Shown piece after piece: positions 1 through 11,600 of a stretch of DNA of 64,000 nt (within the stretch, counting starts at the first letter, position 1; every line of letters starts with the position of its first letter). This DNA is from Chiloscyllium plagiosum. Its lineage: Eukaryota. The translations under genes and the position numbers were made by a program. The stretch lies in contig NC_057719.1 of NCBI RefSeq assembly GCF_004010195.1, forward strand, positions 38,376,758 through 38,440,757, written 5' to 3'. The notes beneath the pieces are model-generated. The model was not told the DNA's origin and did not search any database. It saw only the letters and a program-made list of their open reading frames with translations.

Positions 1-293
1 CGCCTTCCTAACCTGAGATCTTCTTCCCGACCTCTCCGCCCCCACCCCAGTCTGGCCTATCACCCTCACCTTGACCTCTTTCCACCTATCGCATTTCCGA
101 CGCCCCTCCCCCAAGTCCCTCCTCCCTACCTTTTATCTTAGCCTGCTGGACAAACTTTCCTCATTCCTGAAGAAGGGCTTATGCCCGAAACGTCAATTCT
201 CCTGTTCCCTGGATGCTGCCTGACCTGCTGCGCTTTTCCAGCAACACATTTTCAGCTCTGATCTCCAGCATCTGCAGACCTCACTTTCTCCTC
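1..293 (+). mobile_element. Penelope-like element 3' end (family A) with hammerhead motif at 163-198
   Basis: Same terminal repeat as the GIY-YIG-bearing copy at 31833-32535. Confidence 0.85.
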
Positions 294-359
294 AAAGATT
301 TTTACTTTTGACCCTCATATACTGTCTGCCCACTGCCCTTGGTTTATAATTAAAATGGA

Positions 360-1810
360 GAGGAATAGAGAGCAGTTATTTTGGGATTCAAAGGAGTTAT
401 ATAATGCAGTTCCTCAGGGGTCAGCCCTAGAAACAATGCTTGTCTGGATATATATTCATAGCCTAGATGTAAATGCACAGGGAACAATTGCAAAATTTGC
501 AGACACAAGATGCAAGTATGATGACTGTGATGAGGATAGTGATAAAGTTCAAGCTGGTTGACTGGGCAACCATGAAATTCAATGCAGAGAAATGTAAGAT
601 GATGCATTTTGGTAACAAGGATGGGGAGAAAAAAATAAAAAAAAGACAATTCTGAAAGGGATGCTGGAACAAATACTTTAGGGTTCACATGCATAAAGAT
701 CATTTATTATAAGAGGACTTTGGATATAACAGTCAGAATACAATGCTTCAGTTATAGAAGGCTGAGATCACTCAAGTTAGAAATAGGTTTTATTTTTCAT
801 GTGTACTTAGGCAGAGGGATAGAGGAGTATAGGGAAACATTTACAACGTCTCCATTCACAGCACCACCTTAGGTACAAGGTACCTAGAGGCAAAATCTGA
901 GGTGAGGAGTAGAAAAGTAAGTTAAAAGTTCAACATTACAGTTCTTGTCAGTATGAAGTAGGAAATAAGGAATAAAGTTAAAAGGTCCAAATTACATTCC
1001 TTCTTTAACCGTGGGCCTGCAGTTGCTCCACACTGGCTCGCCCCACAAGTGTCTCTCCCCTGCGCTGGGTTTGATCTCTTGAGCCCGCGCCTTCAAACTG
1101 CCATCTCACCACCAGCCACCATCCAGATTCACCAGCCACCTCACCCTAGTTGCCAGATTTCTGCCCGGGTACATCAACTGCCTCGTGGCCAACTGACAAA
1201 GTCTCCGCTCTGGACCTCCAGCTGCTGCCGTTGCCATGTCTGCCTCCGTGACCGAGCTCTCTGCAGATTGTAGGACAAGCTCCAGCTCAGGAACCCTACT
1301 TCACCGCCATCTTGGAACTGCATAATCTTGAATATTATGCACAGTTTTGGTTGTCTTTTTTAAGGAAGGATGTAAACACATTGAAGGTGGTTAAAGCACC
1401 TTTACTAGATTGATATCTGCAATGAACAAAATATCTTTTAGGAAAGGTGGGACAGACTGGGCTTGTGCCACTGGAGTTTAGAAGAACAAGGGTGGACTTG
1501 ATTGGACTGTGTAAGATCCTAAATGGTCTTGACACTAGGGGACACTATTTTAAGATTAAGGGTTACTGTTTCATGACAGAGATGAGAAGATTGTTTTTCT
1601 TGGAGGGTTGTGCAACTTTGGAACTTTGCCTCAGAAGGTGGTGGAGGTGAAGTCATTAAATATTGTTAAGACAGTGACAGATTGTTTCTTATTAAACAAA
1701 TTGTGGATCTCAGGGGTAAATGAGAATTTGAGAAATAAACTGATCAGCCATGGTTTAATTGAATAGTGCAGCAAGTTCAAGGGGCTGAATAGTCCACTCC
1801 TATTCTTACT
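360..1810 (+). mobile_element. Decayed CR1 LINE RT/3' fragment, split by an insertion at ~775-1325
   Basis: AVPQGSAL, KFADT, MKFNAEKCKMMHFG, then LEYYAQFW and RRTRVDLI after the insertion. Confidence 0.75.
775..1325 (-). mobile_element. Non-coding interspersed element with 5' CAAGATGGCGG motif and LINE-like tail; partial second copy at ~13560-13730 (+)
   Basis: Interrupts a CR1 reading frame; 840-950 matches the reverse complement of 13560-13680. Confidence 0.55.
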
Positions 1811-2317
1811 TTGTATGGTCATAAGTTGTTGAGAATGACAGGATGGCTCAAGAAAATAGTTAAAGAAGCATCTTGATGTTTGTAAACACAGGTATGAAGT
1901 ACAAAAGTTATAATTAAACTTGATGAAATACTGGTTCATCCACAATTGGAATATTGTGTCTAATTCTGAGCACCACATTATTAGAGAGGATTTTAGAGAG
2001 GGTGCAGAAAATATTTATGAAAATGGTTTCAGGATTTATATGCATAAGTAAAGGGGGTAGGGATGTCCTCCTTTAAGAAGAGAAAAAAATGGCAAGATTT
2101 GAATGAATTGTTCAGAATCATGTAGTGTCCAAACAGAGAAACTGTTGCCATTGGTGGAAGGGCAGCACTTTCAGAAACTTTTTGTATGAAAACCAGCAGT
2201 AGTATGAGGAATACTTACATTTGGTGAGAATTAGGATTTTAAATGCAACATCTGATAGTGTGATAGAGGCAGATACAAGTAGGAGGGATTTTCATTAGTG
2301 TCAGTAGCAGTGGTTAG

Positions 2318-2668
2318 AGTGGCAAGGTGACTCAGTGGCTAGCACTGCTGCCTTACAGTGCCTAGCACTGCTGCCTTACAGTAGCAGGGACCCGGGTTCG
2401 ATTCCAGCCTCAGGGGACTGTCTGTGTGGAGTTTGCACGTTCTCTGCGTGGGTTTCCTATGTATGCTCCAGTTTCCACTGTCCAAAGATGTGCAGATTAG
2501 ATGAATTGTCCATGCTAAATTGCCCATTGTGTTAAAGGATGTGTAGGTTAGGTGCATTAGTCAGGGGTAAATGTAGGGTAGGAGAAATGGGTCTGGGTGG
2601 GTTACTCTTCGCAAGGTCATTTGGGCTGAACGGCTTGTTTCCACACTGTCAGGATTCTATGATTCTAA
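2318..2668 (+). mobile_element. HE1-like tRNA-derived V-SINE
   Basis: tRNA-like head (gggttcgattcc B-box), V-domain gtgtggagtttgcac...gcgtgggtttcc, CR1-type tail ending ttctatgattcta; 19-nt internal tandem duplication. Confidence 0.85.
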
Positions 2669-4049
2669 TGTCTCTTATCAACTCGATGAGATCTTGAACA
2701 ATCTCACTTGCCTTCCTCCAGTTTGCGCACATTGTTATTTCATTGTGTCCATGGTGCCAGTGTGAATTGCTGATTTGGTGCTTCCAGCATGCGGCCTCCC
2801 ACTTGACTCTGTATATCTGTCCTCCACCACAGTTCCTGCTCCAGCAGTCTGACTTAAATTCTATTCATAATTCTTAGGAGTGGATATCAGAATAATGCTG
2901 TTGTATAAGGAAATAGTTCTGAAAAAGTTAATGTTCAAGTTGCATTAGCTCCACCCAATGTGATGATTTCATTTGCAGTCTTTGGATAGAGACAAGTAGT
3001 TTGACATAAACCTTTGTGGGGAGCAGACATATTCTCTACAGTTCTTACCAGTATTCCTTCTGAGTTTCTGTTCTTGGTTGCATGGATCTCCAAAGTCTGT
3101 GCACAGTAGTGTCCTCTGGAACTGGGGATCAATGCCATATTGGTGTCAACACAGAGGTCATCATGCACTGACCCTCAGAAAGGCTCCATGCATGTGCAGC
3201 AACACAATGTTGAGGGAGCGCTGGTTCTTTGTAACTATGTCTCTCAGTAACGTAAATTGTACTTTTTGCTTTCATGCAACCTTGGTAACTAAAACAAGTG
3301 TCTCTTCTGTTTAGCCTAGCCGGAGGTCCATCCTCTGCCACTGATCATTAAACAGATCTGAGACAGTGTAGACAAAGGAGGATATGTTGCTTTGAACAAC
3401 TTTTATACTGTGCTATATACCAGCAGAGGTGCTAGATACCACTAAGTGACAGCAGTAGCAAACAGTGCACACATCACTAATGTTTCCCCCAGTTGGGTGT
3501 GTATAAATAGAAAGTTACCATTTCAAACTAATTTATGACTAGGGAGAATTTTTTTCTTCACTGAAAAGGTTGTGAATCTCTTATCCTTCAACTTTGAGAG
3601 CTATGATTACTCAGTAATTGAGCATTTTCAAGACAAACATTGAAAGAAGATTGGATATTAAGGGAATCAAGGGACACCGGGAGAGTGTAAAATGCAGTTG
3701 TTGAGGTGGAGAGTCAGCCATGGCTGTACTGTTGGTGGAGCAAGCTTGACATTCTACACAGTCTACTCTTGTCCCTATTTCTTATGTGGAACTCAACATT
3801 TCTTCTCTACTCTAATTTCATTGCCCCTCGATCCTGCTTTCATTGCAATCTCCAGTTAACTCTGCTATTCCGATTTATGAACAAAAGTCTCTGGGTGGGG
3901 CATGAATCTATGACTTTTATCTCTCTTGAGAGTACCAGCACTGTTAATAGCTGAGACTGCTTATTTACCATCTAGATATAGATGAGCTCAAAACTCATCT
4001 AATTAAGCATCAGGAAACCAACATTGTTTTCAGTACCACTGAAAAATGC

Positions 4050-4980
4050 CATCTCTCATTACCAATTCCAATCCTTTTCCCAGTAACCGCCCTTGGGCTG
4101 AATCAACCAGTCTTCTATGATCTCCTACTCTACTCCATCACAAATATCATCAACTTTCACCATTGTAAAGTTAGCCTTAATTGCATCTGTCTCAGTCCAT
4201 CTCCTCTTGAAGCCCTGACCCACACCTTCATCTTCGAAGGGAAAGTGAGGACTGCAGATGCTGGAGATCAGAGCTGAAAATGTGTTGCTGGAAAAGTGCA
4301 GTAAGTCAGGCAGCATTCAAGGAGCAGGAGAATCGACATTTCCTGAAGAAGTGCTTATGCCCGAAACGTCAATTCTCCTGCTCCTTGGATGCTGCCTGAC
4401 CTGTTGCGCTTTTCCAGTAACACATTTTCAGCCCACACCTTCATCTCCAAACTGAAGTCTTCCGGTGCTTTCTTGGCATCCCTCAAATCTTCAGCTTTCA
4501 ACTCAACTGAACCTGTTGCCTGCATCCTATCCTCAGTCCCATTCACCCATTGTCACTGTTCTTGCTCACCTATCTGGCTTCTACCTCCTAACACTCAAAA
4601 TTAAATTGTTCTTCATGTGTGTAAACACACTTCCTTGCCTCTCCCCTTCCTATGACTGTACCTCATCCAACATGACAACTCTTCTGAAATTCTACATTCT
4701 TCAAACTCTGACTTTGCATGACACCCACTCCCACTTTATTCATTTCACCATTGGCATACCTGCTTCAATCATCTAGATTCAACACTCTGGAATTCTCTCC
4801 CAAAACCACTCTGTTACTTTACTCCTCTCCCTTCTTTTACCACAGTATATCTGATTTAAAAAGTATATCTATTTGACCAAGTTTTAGTTACCCCTGCCAA
4901 TATTTGGCTATGATTCATTTTTTTGTCCAAATATTGCTTCTCTGAAGTGTCATAGGTTGTTTTACTGCATTTAACCTGCA
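4050..4980 (+). mobile_element. Old L2-like LINE ORF2 3' fragment, interrupted by a PLE fold-back
   Basis: Degenerate ...HTFISKL..., SPIVTVLAHL.WL..., LWNSLP motifs typical of the L2 C-terminus. Confidence 0.6.
4239..4431. mobile_element. PLE terminal-repeat fold-back mini-insertion (family A)
   Basis: Two inverted copies of the terminal repeat; TSD cccacaccttcatct at 4219-4233 and 4432-4446. Confidence 0.85.
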
Positions 4981-5588
4981 ACTTAATGTTGTTGGCTCAG
5001 AGACAGCCACTTGTGCAGAATTACAAGCAGTATCATGTATTCATGCCCATTAGGAACTGAGTTGAGTTTGTCAAATTCTTTTCAGGTAGGATTTTTACAG
5101 CTAATAGAAAGAAGAAAATCTACTTCTCATAGTGTACATAGTCCAAGAAAACATTGGATATAACGAGTGCACGTTATGGACAGTTTAATGCTAAGCTGCA
5201 CAATGTTACTGAGAGACCTTGATTTGACTCGTACTGAATTGAAAATGTTATTCTAGAGCAACAATAATACATTTCCAAAGCTGTGATAAACTGGAGGATC
5301 CTTTATCCTGTAGTAAATCTCTGCTGATGCTGATAGACTGTGAAATAAGTATTCACAATTTTCTAAAAGGCATGGAAATCTCACATTAACAATAATTAAT
5401 AATCACTGAAAACTGCAGGGAAAAATAATGTACATCACACAATGTAATATGTTGAAATATTACCTCAGACCATGCTCTACAACAGTGAGTCCTGCAATAT
5501 TGTTCAGTATTTAGAAAGCTGATCAGTTTGAACTGTCATCCATTTAAATTGAAAAGAATCTACCTTTTTTTATACTTGATCTGTTTAG

Positions 5589-5676
5589 TACTTACCTCTT
5601 GATGGAGAGTTCATCCTCGGTCATGAAGCTGGATTGGCTGCCAGTGATGGTCAGAGTGTACTGGGATGTGAAAGAG
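5589..5676 (+). CDS. AMN: AMN exon (exon 4 equivalent): [29 protein letters not shown]
   Basis: tttag|TAC ... AGA G|gtac; 88 nt; resembles human LLPLDGELVL..G.GF segment. Confidence 0.93.
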
Positions 5677-8600
5677 GTACGCTATCATATCACTTCCATG
5701 TTTTATTTTAAAGAAGCAAATTCCCTAAAGCCTTTTAAAGTCAATGTCCATCATAACCTTGTTCCTAATACAGAAACATTTCCATGCTCTAACGTCAATT
5801 ATACAGAGTCATAGATAGAGTCATAGAGATGTACAGCATGGAAACAGACCCTTCGGTCCAACCCGTCCATGCTGACCAGATATCCCAACCCAATCTAGTC
5901 CCACCTGCCAGCACCCGGCCCATATCCCTCCAAACCCTTCCTATTCATATACCCATCCAAATGCCTNNNNNNNNNNNNNNNNNNNNNNNNNNNNNNNNNN
6001 NNNNNNNNNNNNNNNNNNNNNNNNNNNNNNNNNNNNNNNNNNNNNNNNNNNNNNNNNNNNNNNNNNNNNNNNNNNNNNNNNNNNNNNNNNNNNNNNNNNN
6101 NNNNNNNNNNNNNNNNNNNNNNNNNNNNNNNNNNNNNNNNNNNNNNNNNNNNNNNNNNNNNNNNNNNNNNNNNNNNNNNNNNNNNNNNNNNNNNNNNNNN
6201 NNNNNNNNNNNNNNNNNNNNNNNNNNNNNNNNNNNNNNNNNNNNNNNNNNNNNNNNNNNNNNNNNNNNNNNNNNNNNNNNNNNNNNNNNNNNNNNNNNNN
6301 NNNNNNNNNNNNNNNNNNNNNNNNNNNNNNNNNNNNNNNNNNNNNNNNNNNNNNNNNNNNNNNNNNNNNNNNNNNNNNNNNNNNNNNNNNNNNNNNNNNN
6401 NNNNNNNNNNNNNNNNNNNNNNNNNNNNNNNNNNNNNNNNNNNNNNNNNNNNNNNNNNNNNNNNNNNNNNNNNNNNNNNNNNNNNNNNNNNNNNNNNNNN
6501 NNNNNNNNNNNNNNNNNNNNNNNNNNNNNNNNNNNNNNNNNNNNNNNNNNNNNNNNNNNNNNNNNNNNNNNNNNNNNNNNNNNNNNNNNNNNNNNNNNNN
6601 NNNNNNNNNNNNNNNNNNNNNNNNNNNNNNNNNNNNNNNNNNNNNNNNNNNNNNNNNNNNNNNNNNNNNNNNNNNNNNNNNNNNNNNNNNNNNNNNNNNN
6701 NNNNNNNNNNNNNNNNNNNNNNNNNNNNNNNNNNNNNNNNNNNNNNNNNNNNNNNNNNNNNNNNNNNNNNNNNNNNNNNNNNNNNNNNNNNNNNNNNNNN
6801 NNNNNNNNNNNNNNNNNNNNNNNNNNNNNNNNNNNNNNNNNNNNNNNNNNNNNNNNNNNNNNNNNNNNNNNNNNNNNNNNNNNNNNNNNNNNNNNNNNNN
6901 NNNNNNNNNNNNNNNNNNNNNNNNNNNNNNNNNNNNNNNNNNNNNNNNNNNNGTGACTATCGATGATACAAATATCTCAGCAAGAGGCCCAGCAATCACT
7001 TCTCTAGCTTCCCACAGAGTTCTCGGGTACGCCTGATCAGATCCTGGGGATTTATCCACCTTTATGTGTTTCAAGACATCCAGCACTTCCTCTTCTGTAA
7101 TCTGGACATTTTGCAAGGTGTCACCATCTATTTCCCTACAGTCTATATCTTCCATATCCTTTTCCACAGTAAATGCTGATGCAAAATACTCATTTAGTAT
7201 CTCACCCATTTTCTGCGGCTCCGCACAAAGGCCGTCTTTTTGATCTTTGAGGAGCCCTATTCTCTCCCTAGTTACCCTTTTGTCCTTGATGTATTTATAA
7301 AAACTCTTTGGATTCTCCTTAATTCTATTTGCTAAAGCTATCTCATGTCCCCTTTTTGCCCTCCTGATTTCCCTTTTAAATATACGACTTCATTTATACT
7401 CTTCTAAGGATTCACTTGATCTATCCTGTCTATACCTGACATATGCTTCCTTTTTTTTCTTAACCAAACCCTCGATTTCTTTAGTCATCCAGCACTCCCT
7501 ATATCTACCAGCCTTTCCTAACAGGAATATTCCTTCTCTGGATTCTCGTTATCTCATTTCTGAAGGCTTCCCATTTTCCAGCTGTCCTTTTACCTGCGAA
7601 CAGCTGCCCCCAATCAGCTTTCAAATGTTCTTGCCTAATACCATCTCCAGTTTAGAACCTCAACTTTTAGATCTGGTCTATCCTTTTCCATCATTATTTT
7701 AAATCTAATAGAATTATGGTCGCTGGCCTCAAAGTGCTCCCCCACTGACACCTCAGTCACCTGCCTTGCCTTATTTCCCAAGAGTAAGCCAAGTTTTACA
7801 CCTTCTCTAGTAGGTACATTCACATACTGAATCAGAAAATTTTCTTGTACATACTTAACAAATTCCTCTCCATCTAAACCCTGAACACTATTGCAGTCCC
7901 AGTCGATGTTTGGAAACTTAAAATCCCTTACCATAACCACCCTATTTTTCTTACAGATAGCTGAGATCTCCTTACAAGTTTGTTTCTCAATTTCCCTCTG
8001 ACTATTGGGGGGGGGGTCTATAATACAATCCCAATAAGGTGATCATCCTTTTCTTATTTCTCAGTTCCACCCAAATAACTTCCCTGGATGTATTTCTGGG
8101 GATGTCCTCCCTCAGCACAGCTGTAATGCTATCCCTTATCAAAAATGCCACTCCCCTCCCTCTCTTGCCTCCCTTTCTATCCTTCCTNNNNNNNNNNNNN
8201 NNNNNNNNNNNNNNNNNNNNNNNNNNNNNNNNNNNNNNNNNNNNNNNNNNNNNNNNNNNNNNNNNNNNACAGGAGTGTTGTAGTGAAGTTTATTATACAC
8301 ACTGTAACACAGGAGTATTGTAGTGAAGTTTATTATACACACTGTAAGACGGGAGTGTTATAATGAAGTTTATTATTCACACTGTAACACAGGAGTGTTG
8401 TAGTGAAGTTTATTATACACAGTGCAACACATGAGTCTTATGGAGACTGGGCGCCTCCTAGCAGAGCGCTTTAGGGAACATCTCCGAGACACCCGCACCA
8501 ATCAACCACATCGCCCAGTGGCTCAACATTTCAACTCCCCCTCCCACTCTGCCGAGGATATGGAGGTGCTGGGCCTCCTCCACCGCCGCTTCCTCACCAC

Positions 8601-11600
8601 CAGACGCCTGGAGGAAGGACGCCTCTTCTTCCGCCTCGGAACACTTCAACCCCAGGGCATCAATGTGGATTTTAACAGTTTCCTCATTTCCCCTTCCCCC
8701 ACCTCATCCTAGCTTCTAACCTCCAGAAACTCGATCCCCTGACCTGTCCCCCCTGCCCCGCTCCTTTTCCACCTATCCACTCCACCCTCTCTTCCCTGAC
8801 CTATCACCTTCATCTCCTTCCCCACTGACCTATTGTACTCTATGCCACTCTCTCCCCACCCCCACCCTCCTCTAGCTTATCTCTCCACGCTTCAGGCTCT
8901 CTGCCTTTATTCCTGATGAAGGGCTTTTGCCCGAAACGTCGATTTTGCCTGTCCTCGGATGCTGCCTGAATTGCTGTGCTCTTCCAGCACCACTAATCCA
9001 GAAAGAAGTACATATCACTCTATTAAAGGCCATTTTTGCTCCTTCCCAATCTACAGACCCAGAAAATAACACCGTCTTATTCCTCTACAAACACTGCCCC
9101 AGGTTACATTAATAGCTATGGCTTATATTTTAAATTTAATCAAGAGGCATATCTCCAAAAACATATAATTAAGAAAGAACCTACTCAAACTCACTACTGC
9201 AGATTCTCTGTAGGCCACACTTAAAACTAAATTAACTTATCTGATTCTGTGTTGTGAACTTTGCCCAACAGTTCCTCCAAGATTAGTTGTGAATTTCACT
9301 GTTTGCTAATTTTCCCAGATGCACTCCGATGTCCAGCGATACACGAATTCAAACAGCAAAGGCAGTAACTGTAGGTTCTCTCTCTCTCTCTCTCTCTCCT
9401 GCAATGACCTCACCATGTGTTTCCTTCTTTAACATATTTTAATTCTAAAACTTTGCAAAAGCATAGCTAATTATGTACACTGGTAACCAATTTGCTATCA
9501 GCAGGAAGAATACAAAATGTCAGACAAAGTGTACTTTTAAGCTAAAGCTGTCAAAATTCTATCCATCTCACAAGCTAAAGATAACCAATATCTATCCCTG
9601 CTCTACAGATTTCTGGGAAACATAATTTTGGCTTTGATATTTTTATCTCTCCTGACTCCAGCGGTTGACCCGTGGATTCCTTTAGTGTTCCTAGTTCTGG
9701 ATTACAATTTTCTGACAATTTACTTTCTGCTTCTTTTTTTATCAATGAATTCTTGCACTTGAGATGTAACCCCTGGCAATTTTTTTAAACCTGTAATTTG
9801 CACTCAACGCTTATTGGCTTTTTATGCATTAGGTGCTCTTAGTGTATGAAGCCTTTATTTTTTTTACAAGACAACCAGTTCAATCACCGCACCTTAATCT
9901 CCACACCCTTCAAAGGGCAAAATAAGTCTTTGTTCTTGTAATCCTTCACAGTGTTTTTTTGCATGTTTTAGTAAATCAATCCAGTGGCAAACATATTTTC
10001 AAAGAACAATAAGAATGCACAATGGGTCTTGCTACACTGAAAAAAAGGGAAAGATAGGTAAAGTATTTGTCTTACTTTCACATGAAGCAAATACACCATC
10101 GTACATGCAGTCTATTCTTTCCGCATTTTCACAGGTTTGAAATCAAGATTGCAACTTGAAATTTTTTTCCAAAACTTCAAAATGTGCAACTTCTACCTTC
10201 CTTCAGGTTGCTCCTTTCTCCAGTAGTCTTCGGTCTTAACGTAATCTCAAATTTATCTTCGGGAATGATTCAAATCTGTCACAAATCCTTCCAATGATAA
10301 GGGTCTCAAGCTAAATGCATTCTCAAATAAGTGTCACCCATCTATTAGGTGCATTGGCGCAAATTTTATGAAAATCACCATTGTGCACAACAATCGTCTC
10401 TCAAATAAGCTTTTACGCTTGAAAGATAGGGTCATCCAACACTGATGTTACCTCAGAAATTCCAGTTAAGGCAGACTGAAATGATTGTCTAGGATTTTAT
10501 TTAATGACTGTTAGCCACTCGATAGCTCAGAATATTTAACATTCATACTAAGTTCCCAAGTGGGAAACACTCAATGGAACAATTAATTTTAAGACATTAA
10601 CCCTGAAGTGCTAAGATGACGTGGTCCTTTTGTTCACCTGCAGGTGAGGATATCACTTTCAAAGACCCTAACCAGTATAAATGGTATAATCCCAAGTATT
10701 GGCAGGTTTTATCAATGAGTGACCTGGAAAATAAGAATTACCTGTTCACCTTGGATGAAGAAAGTGTTCCCTGCCAACATGATGATGTCATTTTTCGACC
10801 TGAAACATCTTTCCATGTGGACCTGGACAGTGATATACAAAATGTCAATGTTAAAACCATTTCTTTAATGAATAGGGTGAGTCTTCCACTTCTTCAAATG
10901 CTGTGTTTTGATCAGTCCTTTGATCCATACCATCCACATATTCAAAAGTGAAATAATGTTTGTGATTTGCAGAAAACTCTTTTGAGAAAAATAACAAATA
11001 ACCTCAGGCTATTTTTCAAAAGGTCTAATGCATCCACCTGAACAGGCCTGTTTTATCAAGTCCTGTGAGACAGAACTGCCTTTAGTAGAACTGACAATAG
11101 GTCTTCGAGGTACATTTGACTCATGGCTGCCATTGAAAATGTAAATTTGTTTTCTATGACACTCCTTCCTGCCACTTGATGTTATCTTCATGTTCATTGG
11201 AGTTTCTGAAAACTGGTTTATGTGAATTCCTAGGCTGTCAGTATTTTGAATACATTAATCAATGCGAAATGTCATGTCCTTAACTATTGTCCGTTGCCCA
11301 TTGCGATGATATGGTTAAATATTTCATTTTTCATCATAGACGTTTACAAGCAATGAAGTATTTGCTGAGTACATGTGGTCAAATACTGGAAAATTACAGT
11401 TCCAAGGAAATGGCTCGATCACTGTGACCAATGCCAAGTGTAAGGATAAATCTGGCTGTGATTGTGGTAACTTTGGTGTAAGCATCTAACTCAAACCAAA
11501 TTACTGTGCTAATCTTAGATCTGTGAAGCATACATTTTCCAAATTCCATGAAGAAATAGTTATTTAGACCATGCTTTCTTAAAATTGAGAGAAGACAATA

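Noticed and set aside
2318..2420. tRNA gene-like sequence (also near 32870-32928, 39320-39393, 60537-60610)
   Set aside because: These are SINE heads continuing into V-domain and LINE tail; no complete cloverleaf.
1..5588. AMN exons 1-3 (signal peptide, W.PNT.F...NW motif)
   Set aside because: No matching translation with splice sites found by eye; probably upstream of the window. A short exon could have been missed.
8269..8421. CRISPR-like regular repeat
   Set aside because: Head-to-tail 40-bp units with no unique spacers, in a vertebrate context: a minisatellite.
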